From positions 372,001-436,000 of the forward strand of contig RSEE01000017.1 in assembly GCA_003971905.1 (NCBI GenBank): DNA of 64,000 nt, given 5' to 3'. The position numbers were made by a program, and so were the translations under genes. Source of the DNA: Moniliella sp. 'wahieum' (taxonomy: Eukaryota). The notes under the pieces are model-generated. The model did no database searches and had not been told where the DNA came from. It worked only from the letters and a program-made list of their open reading frames with translations. This document shows, piece by piece, positions 26,701 to 39,309 of the stretch. How positions within the stretch are numbered: position 1 is the first letter of the stretch; each line of letters opens with the position of its first letter.

Positions 26701-27298
26701 CGAGAAGGAGGCCGTGCAGCGACGATCAGCCAAGTCCAGCCTGGGTTGGGCGCAGTTGAAGCGACGGGGCAGTGCAACGCTCTCGCCGCGTGCCGTGCGC
26801 GCACGACCCACCACCCCCCGTGCGGGAAGTGAAACGGTGGGCGCACGCGAGCACCTTGCGCCCAGCGCATTCGACCTGCAGACCCACACACCCGCTTCCC
26901 CGCCCCCGGTCAGCACGCCTTTCCTCCACCGTACCACTCTCGTTCCCGGTCCGGCAGGCCGTAGCCTTCTCTCGCTTTTGGCCACTTCCCCTACCCCCCC
27001 GCCAAGGGGAGAAGAGGGGTATGCCACGTCCCTCCAGCCGTACGCGAGCAAATGTCTCCGCGAGTTGGAGGCAACGATTCGGGTATGTTGCATTGTCCTC
27101 GTGGTCTTCCTTCGGGACCAAGTGCTCGTGCCTGAACCTGGCTTGCAGAATGCGGCATGCTGACCTCTGTCTGACTGGGCTTAGGAGGAGGAGGACCTGA
27201 TCGTGTCGCGTCCTACGAATCAAGCGACCGAGGTACCAAACCTGATTGTTGCCTGGCCTGCCGTTTGGGGCGAGGGCTCCGGGCTGGGGACGGCTTAG
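23737..27298 (+). CDS. DUF1765 / UPF0592 family protein
   Basis: S/P-rich N-terminus; IVFAGRLLALALVRIPGVAEKIL, GNWLKRFQSDDSELIF, RPTFLGSTNGKPK, LVRGTSLYDVQGVF, LIRTLAFLYSHF, LLLSWSPTVRAYF. Last intron 27083-27184. Frameshifts present. Confidence 0.82.
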
Positions 27299-28309
27299 AT
27301 TGCAAAATACTCCATTCTCCTGTGAGCGCCTCATTGGAGGTGCCAATAGTCTAACAAGTCACACAACGTTTCGACCCCTGCTAAAGGCTCCCGCTTTGCT
27401 GCCCCCCCCCCCCCCCTCTGTGTGGTGTTATGGCTCATATTTTTCGTTGATTTCTTTACCTTTATTTTGCTTTTTGACGACCCACACGCTTCGGCTTCAC
27501 CCTAGGATCTCAGGTTTCGGAAGCCTGCCTAGTTAAGCCGAACCCGTGACGACCTTTTCATTTACTTTCATTCATACTAGTATTTCTTTTTGTTCGCTTC
27601 ACCACTTTTCCTCTCAATTACTCTCACACTACTACCCCGCTATTGTTCTTCTCTATCACTTTCTGTTGGCCATATAACCATCTATCTCGCATCATTTTTG
27701 CCTTCCCGCCCCTCTGCTCCCCCCCACAGTTTTCCGATGATCTTTCCCACAGACTTTTCTCCAGGTGACGGTGTGCTTTTATAAGAGTTACAGGCGATGT
27801 CAGGCCTATCCCAATCTACATATGCGAGATTGATTCGATCTGTTGGAGCCCATCCACTGTGTCGCCTTCCCCGGCCAAGACTTATTGAGGACAAGCTCGA
27901 GGGCGGCACATCGAAACAGAGGACGCCTGTTGCTACGAAGATAAAGACCAGGTCCTTAGATATGACATCAGGGAGAACGTTACACGTTACACGTTAAAGA
28001 ACGGAAGCAGGTACAAAAGGACCATTTGAGGCGAGGGGGGGCGGGGGTAGGGCGGGAGAGAGGGGACCGGGATCCTGACGGCTAATTGAGCCCGATCCGT
28101 ACAGTGAGAGAACGAGTCGCGGAACACAGAGAGAACGATTTACGGAAGAGAAGAGGGGTGTGGAGGAAAGGAAGGAAGGAACACCAGCAAACCCCTTAAT
28201 GGTGACAAGCGAAAGAAGAAGTAGAGTGTTGAAACAGCGGAGAAAAGGAGAGAAGACTAGGAACAAGGGGAATGAAGACACAGCTAAGGTTTAGCAAAAG
28301 GTAGAGAGA

Positions 28310-29540
28310 CTAGGTCAGAGTCTCTACTCTTGAACCGGGAAAGACCGAGCCGGGCGGGATCGAGTCGGTAGGGCGGGACGGGTGGGTGGAGTGCACGCTG
28401 GGGGATCGCGATCGGGACAGATGGGACGAGAACCCATCGACCGAAGTACTGCGCTTAGGCTCTCCAGCTTGTCCAAATGAAGAGGGGAAAGGTGGACCTC
28501 CTGCTTTTGCAAGGTGGTGATGCGCACCTCGGCTCCTGGGGTCTGAGGGTACACCGACAAAGACTTGTTGACCTGGGAGTTTTTGCGGATCCCAATTTCG
28601 GGAAACATGGGCTTGGTGCCCGTCGAGGTTTGGACCCATGCGCCCCATAGGTTACTTTTGCGCGGCCCTTTGGATGAGTATTCATCGGATGTGGTGCTGT
28701 CGGTCGTTGGCATCAATTCTGACCCACTCCGGCGTGTGTTGAGGTAGACAAGAGCGAATTGGTGTACATCTTGGGCATGATCACGCAGAAAAGGACGTGC
28801 AGCAGGTTCCCCGGCTATGTTCCAGCCCATTCTCTGTTAGTTCCTACTGTCAGCGCAAACATGCTGGTGAGAGGAAATACATACTTCAATTGCTACAATG
28901 ATGAGGTGAATCATGTCGACGATCATGGTCAGGACCGAAGTTTGGAGAATGAGGTTTTTCAACCTGACCATCTGGGAGTCGTTGTTGCGGAGAGTATTGA
29001 TGTCTTTACGCAACGTCACGACGACAAGGTGGAGGTGGTGATCACGTCGCACAGTACGCTCCCGCAGCACCAAACAAGCGTGACAGATTGAATCTCGCTC
29101 CACTTGCGGATATATTGCAGAATGGAGAGACCAATCATGCCAATGCTGCCCAATAGCCCGGCCAATGACAATCCCACAATGGTCGCGGTGATCCACCATT
29201 GCCGACGGAGGCGTTGCACCCTCCATGCCAAGAAACATTGCACCAGGCACGCAGCCGCTGCACCCGCTTGCACGGCGCAGATGAAACTGCGCGTCACTTT
29301 TTCCAGATGCGACGGTTCTCCAAAGTAACGTACCAGCCAGGTGAAGATGGCAACACAATCTGCCACACTGTTGATCACATCCAGACACACGAGGACGACC
29401 ACCACAAGCTTAAGAATCCAGGGATCCTTACGGTAGCGCGTATAGTACAGCCAGGTTTGGACCAGGGTTACCCCGAAAAGGCCAAGGTTGATGTAGACCC
29501 CAATAAGGACGTAGCCCACACCCTTCGCAGGTGAGCCCAT
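28310..29540 (-). CDS. DUF6534-domain multi-pass membrane protein (basidiomycete-expanded 7TM-like family)
   Basis: LIGVYINLGLFGVTLVQTWLYYTRYRKDPWILK, LVQCFLAWRV, LCDVITT, LILQTSVLT, and a PKMYTNSLLS-like motif near 28750. Cytoplasmic S-rich tail. 3' end uncertain. Confidence 0.82.
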
Positions 29541-30247
29541 GTTGGATGAACGATTGAAGAGAGTCGGATGAAGATGAGGGGTTAGAAGGGAAGCAAACTC
29601 CCTGACGGTGGTGTATAAGAGGGAGGAAGGAGAAGATGAAGGACTATTCGACAGGCTCCTGAAATTCAGCCTCTAGCTTTATGCTATGATGGCTGTCCAG
29701 GTCCAAGACTAAGGCCAATACGCTTATAGCTCTCCGTTAGTCTATAGCCTCTCGAAGCGCCACACTCGGAGGCGTTATTACATGATTGGATTAGCGCGAG
29801 AGTGCAATAACCGGTGACCGGCCGGTAACCCCTTCTACGGAAGCACACAGGGTTCAGTGTTTTGCATACCGATATATACTCTCCCGCCGGCCTAGTGCCA
29901 TAATTAAGCTGTTGCGTTTTCGGCATGAAAGACGCCGCCTACAGACAGAGGTCAATACGTGCTCAGCAAAACTTGAGGCTTGAAGGCCCGCCTAAGCGGC
30001 CTGAGGCCTCGGTAAGGGAAAGCCGCCCCGTAACGCGTATACGGTGATGCGTCTATACGACGGCGCGGTAATCGCAACTGGTCTGCCCCTGGGATATTCA
30101 TTCATTACCAGAACTAGACTTCTCTGATTTACTGGTTGCCTGAATAGGTTACCTCAGTTACCGGCCCCACAGTGGTTGTATTGGGTCAAGTGTTTGGAGT
30201 GACGAAGCTTCATGTGATTGGCGAGAGTATATGGTGAAGATCGATGG

Positions 30248-30325
30248 TTACCGGTTACCGATTATCGATTATCACTTGGGACCAGAGTGTAACCACCGCC
30301 ATCGCGACTCGGATAATCGATAACA
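30248..30325. promoter_or_regulatory. Phased TTA-array containing a cluster of GATAA (GATA-factor-like) sites upstream of the DUF6534 gene
   Basis: TTA-CCGG-TTA-CCGA-TTA-TCGA-TTA-TCA, and GGATAATCGATAAC at ~30311-30324. Confidence 0.4.
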
Positions 30326-31458
30326 AGCGACAACCTAGCTCTGTTGGCGTGGAAGTCGGAGAAGGCTTTGGGGCGGACATGTGACAGCCACAAGCAGGTG
30401 TGGGCTGGTGTGGCAGACATCGCAAGGGGGCTTTGCTTTGATGGGATGCGAGTATGCGACAGAAGAGCTTCCAGCTTCCGCGGCTTCCAGCCCACAGTGT
30501 GGCTGTTGTGTGGCGTTGACTTCAACCATCGATCACCGATCGTGGAATGCCGACTAGGCCGAACTGTCTCACTGGCGCCGATTTTGCCGTGTTCGGTGAT
30601 GAACATGAATGTTAGATCTCCCATAATCTGTTCTTGACTAGTCCTGACTGCTTCTCTCCTCTTTTGGCTACTATGGGCACGTTGTGGAAGACGAGAGAAA
30701 CGAGGCAGGCATGGTCGTTCTCTTCCAGAAGAAACGATAAGAAGGTATGATTACGAGAAATCTGTGGGCATTATGCCTTTGTGTACCAATAACAGCGTTC
30801 TCGATCATGTTTGCCCTTGCTTACATAGGCTCTTCAACAGCTTCAACGTCCGTGAGTACTGAGTGAAAGATGAAGAAGAGTGCGCAATGGGAGTAGGTGG
30901 GTTGTGCCTTATTGTCCCGTATATTAGGTGTGCTGGCCGGATGCTATTGTCCCAAAGAGGGCACTGAGGCCGGTCTGATGCACTTGTGATGCATATGGTG
31001 CCTTTGCAGCATTATGGTCTATAGCATGTGCGGAGACGGCACAAAAGCACTCCATTGAGATATGGTCGTTTCTCTCAGACGTATATAGTACGCTATTACC
31101 TTCTCTTCATTGCATTTCCTTCTCTAACTTCATGCATCAACCATCGAGAACATCCCCACTACGGAGGCCGGCGCGCTATATCCTTGTCGTGTGGGGCAGG
31201 ACCACACGCATATAAGGGTCGCATCTGTCTGCATCCGGACGATTATCTAGAGCCCATACAATGATACAGACTTTCACAGTCCGAAACCACAGAATAGGTA
31301 GTGAATGAGGAGTGTGAATTGGCTGTGACGCCGGATGCTACAATCGGAACGAACGTGGAGAGAAACAGATACAGCTGTGCCGGTCAAAAGAACGAACAAA
31401 TTGTCGACGTGTGAACGAGCGCAAACAGGACCCTTGCCTGAGGTCATCCACTCGTTCG

Positions 31459-33766
31459 TTACACTGAGTCAGAAAGGAGAGGGGAGATACCCTCCAAGGA
31501 TAGCGGAAGCCCTTCCCCAAGGAAAGGGGAGGGGGCACGCTCGGTAGCAGCTTCCCCATCCACCAAAGACCAGAAGAACGAATCAAGCGAATCAAGCGTG
31601 TTGAGCGAGCCGGGATCCCAGGCATCCGTCGTCACACCACCCGTCGAGGGCCCCCTCGAGCCCCCCGTTGACGGATCGGTAAGGGGAGGCTGTGAGAGAG
31701 AGGCGTTAGGGTAGGTCATTGATGACGCATAGGGTGCCGCGCGCAGCCAGGCAGTTGTCAGTTGCCCGTCGGGAAGAAGGTGGGCCAGCTGGCCAGGGTC
31801 CAGTTGTAGAAAGGAAGCGTTCGGTTCAAGTACCTCCTTTAGGCGACGGAGGAGATCAAGAAGGTCTTGGGCTTCTTGGGCTTGGATAGCACGTGCGCGC
31901 GGCGTCGAGACAATGCGTGTCGCTACATAGTGCTGAATTATAAGCGCCGAAGACAACACTTTGCGTGCCATTAAGAGACACCATCGTCCCATACCACTTG
32001 ATTCATCTTCTCCCGGCTCTGACGACGCCCACGCAGTCGGGCCTACGCAGTCGAGAAACGCCTGCACGGCATACCGCGCCGCGGGAACACACCTCTCTTC
32101 CGCCTCGTGCTGGCGAGGATCATCCATCCACCACGTGAGGACAAACCGCCCATAGAGCGGGAGCATCAGCGCGTTCAGCCCTAACTCCACCCTTTCTTCC
32201 ATGGAAAACGTCAGCATCGCGTTTTCCCTACCTTGATATTGGGCTTTGCGCGCTTGATCCGTAAGTGTTGGTCTTGGCTGGCAAGTCGTAGGTCAGGTGG
32301 AACGTGCTCCAATAGACTGTCCACTTGCGCTTGGATCTTTTTCGTCTCGATCCAGGACGCATCGAGGGATAAATTTGCATGTTGCAAGTTGAGCATTACG
32401 GCCTGATTCATGATCAAGCTCGTATCGAATGCGATCTGCAGAGAGCCGAGAGAAAGTTAGTTTTTTTCATTCCTCTCAAAAGCAAGTTGCCTCACCTTGA
32501 GAACGATGTTCCACCCTTTCTTCCTTCCAACTGGAGGGCGAATAGAGGAAAGAAGGTGCACTGCGCGGTCCGCGCTCAAATACCATAGGATGACGGGCGC
32601 GGAAGTGGGAGCTGGTGAAGGAATCGAGGATGACTGCGAACGTCCATAAGCGCATACGGTCCAGCACTTGTTCCCGTGGCAGCCCTGGAGGCGGATCAAG
32701 GTGGAGCCTGACGGAAAATGCATTGCCCATAGTTAGGAGTACCAGGGCCAAGCTCACCTTCTCCGAGCGGAAGATCAGCATGACAAACGCAAGCAGAATC
32801 TGGCTGCGGACAGTATCGATAGTGACCACTTCAAACGTTTGGGAGGCGTCCAGGGCGTAGATGGCCATGTCGAGAAAGGTGGGCAGATCGCAGTTGGCCA
32901 GAAAGGGGCTCGGCACCGAAGCAATCCCGGTCTCTACCATCACGATTACAGCCATGGCACAGATCAAGGCGCAAAAGTCAACGTAGTGGCACACAGTCTC
33001 CCGGGACATGTTGGACAGAAGAGGGCGCTGACGCACGTTGTGTAGAGCCTCAAGACGTGCATCGAAGACTGATCGATCAATGATCCAGAGTGTAGCGGGA
33101 CGTCAGCAAAAAAGATGTGGGCAATGGTGACAATGGTAGGGGTCGGTGGCAAATGCTGCAATAGCTGGAGCAGCACATCGGCCTTGTTGTTAGTGGAAGG
33201 AGGGGACGTGGCCGAAAACTGGGCCATTTCAGGAGGGAAAGGGGACACATCAAAAGAGCGAGCGTGTGGGTGTGGGTGAGAGTGCAGATGAGGAGGGAAG
33301 GGGGAAGGAGAATGAGAATGAGAATGAGAATCGGGACCAGAATGGGGAGTAGTTTTTGGCTCGGCGATGGCCGTGTGTGTGTGTGTGAAAGCGGGGAGGC
33401 GGCGGCGGCGGCGGCGGCGGCGGCGGAGGACGACGTAGATGGGGAGTCGTCGACGGTCCGAATGCCGAAGTGTCGGGCCAGAGAGGCGGCCAGACGCTCA
33501 AGTCGGTCGAGACGGGTCTGGACGGCGGGGGTGCAGACGGTGGCGGGTGGTTCGGGGCGTTCGATGGGGTGGGTACCGGGGGGCCAGACGCAGCGGTGCT
33601 CCTCATTGCGGCTGACGCAGCCCGAGCAGGGATGGTGGCGATCGCATTTGAGCTTGCGCACTCGGCAGTTCTCGCAGCTCTGGCGGTTGCTAGGGCGCTG
33701 AAGCGAGGGGATGCGCTTGCGCTTGCTGGGCCTCCCGGCGCCGTCGAAGATGCCACTCGTACTCAT
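31459..33766 (-). CDS. Zn(II)2Cys6 fungal transcription factor with middle homology region
   Basis: RQSCENCRVRKLKCDRHHPCSGCVSRNEEHRCVW, a coiled coil (RLDRLERL), MHR-like LHLDP..EQVLDRMRLWTFAVILD. Frameshifts present; 3' end approximate. Confidence 0.92.
33305..33428. repeat. Coding microsatellites (GAGAAT)n, (GT)n, (GCG)n in the TF linker
   Basis: Read directly; they encode His-Ser and poly-Ala tracts on the minus strand. Confidence 0.8.
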
Positions 33767-34614
33767 GTGCTGGATCGACGGCGGCAGCGCTCAGCCCGAG
33801 CCACAAAAACACGCGCTTGTCCGGAATGGCAAGCGCCAGCCTGCTGAAGGAGTGGAAGCAGCGAGCGGCCGACTGCTGATGGGTGGAGAATGGTTGATGG
33901 GATCGGATCGATCAGGCGGGGCAGGAATGGGCGTAAGCGTTGAGAGCCCGAGTGCCTGTGGGTGTCAAGCCTCAGGGCCTCAGGCTGAAGCTGAACGCTG
34001 AGCCAGACTGCGCCTGGAGGTGGAAGCGGGGACGGAAGCTTTGAAGGCCGACGCCAGCCGAGACCGCGCACGAAGAGCCTGAAGCCCGGGCGAGAGGCTG
34101 CGAAGGGGCGACCACCGTCCGAGCACAACCAACACAACCACGGCCATTCGCCCTCCCGTGCTGCTCCGCGGAGAGCAGACGAGGATGTGAATATTGTGAA
34201 TGCGCTTGGCGCGGGGCAGGCACCCGTGCACTCAAGCCACCCGAGTGGGCATTGAATATTGTATTTCGTCCGATGACTAGTGACTTCCGTCATCGCAAGC
34301 CACTCCAGGACGGGCGCTCGCCGCCTTCTCTTTCCCGCGGCTTTCTCGCCCACGCGAGCAAAGCGAGCTATGGATAAAACCACCAATGCATTCCCGGGCC
34401 TATCTTGGCCTTCTGTCACTACATAACCACTACTTACATTCAACGCAACTCCCCCATTCCCGCGGTAAACCAGTGATGAACATTGAACGTGCCCACACGA
34501 ATATTGGAATGAGTATCGTACCCTCTGAAAATACTAATACCGGCTGCCCTCCCCGACGCATAACCCTCTCTCGCGAGAAGATCGAGGATAAGAATCTCTC
34601 TCTTGCTCGCCCTT

Positions 34615-34669
34615 TGAGTTCCTGCGAAAAGTCTGAGTTCCTCCGAAAAGTCTGAGTTCATCCGAAAAG
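34615..34669. repeat. 19-bp tandem repeat x3 (TGAGTTCCTCCGAAAAGTC consensus)
   Basis: Copies at 34615, 34634 and 34653 (third truncated), with one substitution each in copies 1 and 3. Confidence 0.88.
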
Positions 34670-35273
34670 GAGATGCCCATGGTTATCCCGACGACTCGAG
34701 ATTGCAAATCCCGGCTTCGAACAACGTAATTGTCGCGGGGCCGAGAGCCCATAGCCTACGCTCCCTCCCTTCTCAGTCTTAGTCTTTGCCTTTTGAGTAG
34801 GTCTACGCCAAGACTGGGCTGGCTTTCGTATGAACCTCTGAAGAACGAACGTTGAACAAACACATGTAAGTACTCCGGTCAATTCTTGGCCCACACCAGG
34901 TTACGCCCGGACGATTCTCCTATAATTCGGCTGCCGGAAGACCAACAGCAGTCCTACTCTTAGGCTACTGGCCTCCGTACGTATCCAGACCCTCTTTCTT
35001 TTTCGAAAGCCCTCCCCCTTCGCAGTACCGCTTCCATAGACATTTTTGCAACTCCCTCTGAATGGACATGCTGTTCCCACCCTCTCGCTCTGTACCCATC
35101 CTCTTAAACAGCTCCCCACAAACGAAGAGCTTCTCCGGTCGTGCACATATGCAACTTCATTCCTAGAACATGATGATTTAACCCATTTTGTCTAGTATAG
35201 AGACGCAGAACCGTCCTTCGCTTTCCTAAGATAGAACGGAATGTACACGATGGCAGTACGGCGAAACGAATCC

Positions 35274-36807
35274 TTAAACGACTTTGTCGCTTCGGATGGC
35301 CGCTTGGCCATAATCCACCTTCTCGAGTCCTTCAGGTGTCGGGAGGATGCTGCGGTTGAAGCAGGCCAGCGGAAGGCCCAGCGTCACAGCCGCATTAGGT
35401 GAGTCAACGATAGAGCCCACGTGGATATCGATGGGCATCTGGAAGAGTCAAGGTGAGTTAGCAGTGCCCATTCTGTTCAGCCCAATAGGCCCCAACAGAA
35501 TTGATTCAGCAAGAACATACCGCCGAGAAGAAGAAGGTAGGCTTGCTCGCGGGTGTTATACTTTATCCAGATAGGCAATCGCCTCCCGCACCGCAACCTT
35601 TGTGGCGATCGTGGCGTCCATGTTACCCTGGCGTCCATCATTATAAATGTCAACCCCAATGCCCTCAAAGATCAGCTTGTCCGCGTACACCGGGTCGATC
35701 GGAGAGGGAGGAAGAAAGGCATTTTGGTTCCGAATTTCTCCACCCCGCCTTTGATCAGGTCGACTTGCAGTGTCACGACCCCAGCCATTTCAATGGCCCC
35801 GCAGAAGGAGATTTCGCCATCGCCCTGAGAGAAATGCAGGTCGCCGACTGAAATACACAAAGGTTAGCTCTTCCTTCCAATGGAAAGGGAATTGGGAGCC
35901 CAGCGTCCAAAAGAAAGTGACGACTCACGAGAAAGTTTTGCACCAGGCACGTAAACGGGAAAGTATCCCCGGCTCCCGGGGACAAGTTCTTGATGTCAAG
36001 GTTGCCCCCATTCTCCCGGCCAGGAATCGTACGGGCGCCCTCCGCTTGGATCGTTGCCTTGATTTGATCACTGAGAGCACCCGGCTTTGACCCAATGTAC
36101 GCTCCCTTGGGCTCGGGGGGCAAGGCGACAGCTGGGACGCAGGCTGATTTCTTGCCTTCCGAGTCGACCTCGAGGTGCTGGTCAATCAGTCCTCTCTCGC
36201 GCGTTCCACTTTTCCAGTAGTTCCTGCGAGGGGGCAACCCCAATCAGGCCCGGGTGAGGAATGCCCCGCAAAACGAACGCCGGGGATGTGGCGACTCGGC
36301 GTAAATGCCCTTGAAGTCCCAAATGGCCTATCGGTATCCCATCCCGTAGCATTGACAGTTAGACATTTGTGTCGATCAGAGGGGCAAGAGGCGGGAAACG
36401 TACCTTGGAAGCATGCGAGTCAAACTCGCGCGCAAAGAGACCATCCGTTTCTTTTTCAAAGATGCCCGTGAAGCCCCAGGGCTGATCCTCGTGGGGCCGT
36501 ACATCCAGAAGATCCACAACAAGAAGGTCGCCGGGCTCAGCCCCCTCGACGGCAATAGGGCCGGAAAGGTAGTGGATTTGGGTGAGATCGACATTGCGGA
36601 TGTCGTCGGCGTTGTCGTCGTTGTGAATCTGTCCACCTGTCCACTCGTGAGTCTCCATCTTGAAGATGGTGCCTGGCTTAACAGTGGCATAGGTAGGCAC
36701 GTCGGGGTGCCAGCGGTTGTGAAGGCCCTCTTGGGTGAAGGCGCGCTTGCTGACGTCGACCTGACGAGCGTCGGGATGGGGCCCCCGGTCATCTTGCTGG
36801 CGTCCAT
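35274..36807 (-). CDS. fmdS: Formamidase (FmdA/AmdA family)
   Basis: LHNRWHPDVP, IHYLSGPIAVEGAEPGDLLVVD, PWGFTGIF, EGARTIPGRENGGNLDIKNLS, VGDLHFSQGDGEISFCGAIEMAG, VDSPNAAVTLGLP. About 3-4 introns. Confidence 0.96.
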
Positions 36808-37103
36808 GTGGATGTGTAGCTGAAGGGGAAGGGCAAGACGGGGAATGGGGGTGAGATGTAGTGTGGAGGAAGGAAAGAGGGGGGGGTGGATGGCGAGGAG
36901 AGAAAAGAGATGGGGTTGAGGTGGAGATAGAGGCGGCACAGTGTCGACGAGCGAGAAAGGGCAAGCAGGCACCATACAGACAGGCAGGACGCGAAGCACG
37001 GACCAGGTCTCAGATTGCACAGTGGCAAGGAAGAGGACAGCAAAAGTGTCGTCTGCCACTCTGCCACCTCCCAAGAGGCACTGCTCTCACGCTCTCCTTG
37101 GGT

Positions 37104-37423
37104 CTTATCGATTACCGAGATTATCTCGATTAGCGCCAGTGACGACCGGTGACTCTGGGGTTGGCGAGTACTCAGACTGAGTACCGAGTAAGTGTGCGAT
37201 CCTGATTACAACACTGCCCCAGTGCGCCATCGGCTGATCCAACTTACATGGCTCTCTCCAAGCTCCACCTCGGGGCCACCCATCCCCACGGACCACGTGC
37301 CTGCCACAACCGACTGATCAAGTTTCAAATTCCAAAGCTTCAAGCTTCAAGCAGCGAGTTGGCGGCGGTCCCTTTTGGGTCCTTAGTTAGACGCACCCGG
37401 GTGCCGGGTGTTACCGGTTATCA
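37104..37423 (-). promoter_or_regulatory. Putative AreA/Nit2 HGATAR sites in the formamidase promoter
   Basis: CTTATC 37104-37109, TTATCT 37121-37126 and TTATCA 37418-37423, each GATAA on the gene strand, 300-600 bp upstream of the ATG. Confidence 0.45.
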
Positions 37424-37562
37424 TTTCCCAGCGAGGGGAAGCACGATGTACCGAGGCTACGCGTTACGCGCAGCGTTGCGCCTTTAAGGCATCCTTCAGC
37501 CCAGGCAACGTGCATCTCTGTGATGGCGATGACATAATTCTCGCTCGGTGCCCCATTTGTGA

Positions 37563-37633
37563 TGATCGATGATTAATGATTGATGATCGATGATCGATGA
37601 TTCTACCTCTGAGATTTGAAATCTGAAATTTGA
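37563..37633. repeat. 7-bp-phased TGA array
   Basis: TGA-TCGA-TGA-TTAA-TGA-TTGA-TGA-TCGA-TGA-TCGA-TGA (37563-37600), and TGA-GATT-TGA-AATC-TGA-AATT-TGA (37610-37633). Confidence 0.88.
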
Positions 37634-37852
37634 CTCTTTGCTCCCATCCTGTGCAGATCCCCATGGTGAGCGCTCAGGCTGAGCTATATAAGCTAGCGCA
37701 TTCAAGCTCGTTAGGCCTTGTCCGTCCCTGGCCCCAGCACCCCTAGGCCTAGATGGTGTGCGAGCCTGGCCAAACGTAGCTAACTCACCGCCACCGTCTC
37801 GACCTGCCACCTCGTCTTCACGCCCACGCCCGCTATAGCGTCTGTGAGAGTT

Positions 37853-39279
37853 ATGCCCCCGCAACGTAGTGCCCTCCCTCAGCATGGCCCCATGCCATGC
37901 CCATGCAGGAGATGTGCTGGGCGTTCGGTTTTCAGGAAGACCATCCGGCGTCACATACTTGAGCTCTACGGGATCAATCTATTCATGACCCAGGCATGCT
38001 GGTGTGGCTGCACTGGCACAAACTTGACTAAGGTTCTCTTACGGCGGGATAAGCCTGTTCTCGCTGCGGAAGTTGCGGGCCCCATTATCCAGCCTGGGCC
38101 TGCCAACCGGCAGCGTACGTTCCATATTTCGGCGCATGTTGGACCTACAAGCAACTCACTCTGTTCCCCACTACGCGCAGCACTGGAAACTTTGCAACCC
38201 GGTTTGCCCATTTCAGACGTGAATGGGGCGACGGCTGCGCCAATGCTCACGTCAAAGCCACCCTTCGATGCCCAGGCCAGTCGGGTACCAACTCCTATTA
38301 GTACGTCAACTCACGTCTTTGGAGACAAAGAGAATGCGGAACCTGATCTCCAGCGTGATAGGCAATACATGTTTCCATGTGTCCGTGGGACAATGTTGAG
38401 GCGAGGCTTACAGACGACGACGTCGTCAGCTTGCACCTATACAGTGCTGTGCGCTGCACCTTTGATCAATTTGAATGCCTCCTGTGTTCCGGAGCACATT
38501 TGTGGAAAAGGGTATGCTCGTTGAAAACTGAGGGCGTATCGTACTTGTCCATGATCAATCAGGAGAGTAGTGTTCCAGAAGGCAGCAACCAGGAGGAAAA
38601 TGGCCAGGAAAGTGCATACAACCCAGCATATATCAGCGTCTTGTTTTTCTCGCTGACCTTGGGAACCCCAAAGGGGCCCAGACTGCATGCATTGTGCCGG
38701 ATTCTGAGCCTGCTTTGGAGTCGGGGACGGTGCGCGTCCGCGTCATTGCGTGCCCACCTATAACTAATTCCTGTGTACTACCGTTTCCGGCTGCAACGCG
38801 CCATTGCTGATCTTCTCGACACACTCCGCGTCTATGTCAATGGGAATCACCGTCTGCCAACCCAGCTGGAGGGGAGCATCTTCCTCTATCGTGATCCGCG
38901 TCGAGGGCACGTCCTTCCTGAGTACCAGAATAAATGCACGGCCTCACTTCCATATAACCCTAAGGACATTAGCCGGGCTTTGGTACTCAAGTGTCGATGG
39001 AGTTGTGGTGCGGCTGTCACCGACATCGCGCATGCATTAGCTGACCATACAGGAAGGACAGTCGGATACACGCGGACTCCTCTCTGTTGGAATATATGTC
39101 ACCCACCCCATGCCGTTTGTTGCCCACAGCTCATCGAGCGGTCATCATACGCGGGAGTGTGGCGCATTCCCCTCCTACACCGGTATTGTTTCGCGACGCT
39201 GCTGTTCCTCTCTCTCTGCATCATGCCCACAGTGCTGGAGTCTAGGATGCAAGATGTGAAGTGGGTGCTTATAATATAG
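37853..39279 (+). CDS. Hypothetical spliced gene or degenerate transposase-like remnant
   Basis: TATATAA at ~37686; ORF start MPPQRS..CPCRRC..RKTIRRHI; intron-like segments (GTACGT 38115..CAG 38180). No confident family. Confidence 0.3.
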
Positions 39280-39309
39280 GCGCCAAATCCAACTCCGACC
39301 CCGCGGGAC

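Noticed and set aside
34615..34669. CRISPR-like array
   Set aside because: The repeats are directly adjacent with no spacers, there are no cas genes, and the context is eukaryotic.
34695..34722. GATTGCAAATC resembling a tRNA-Cys anticodon arm
   Set aside because: The stem is imperfect and there is no D-arm, T-arm or acceptor stem.
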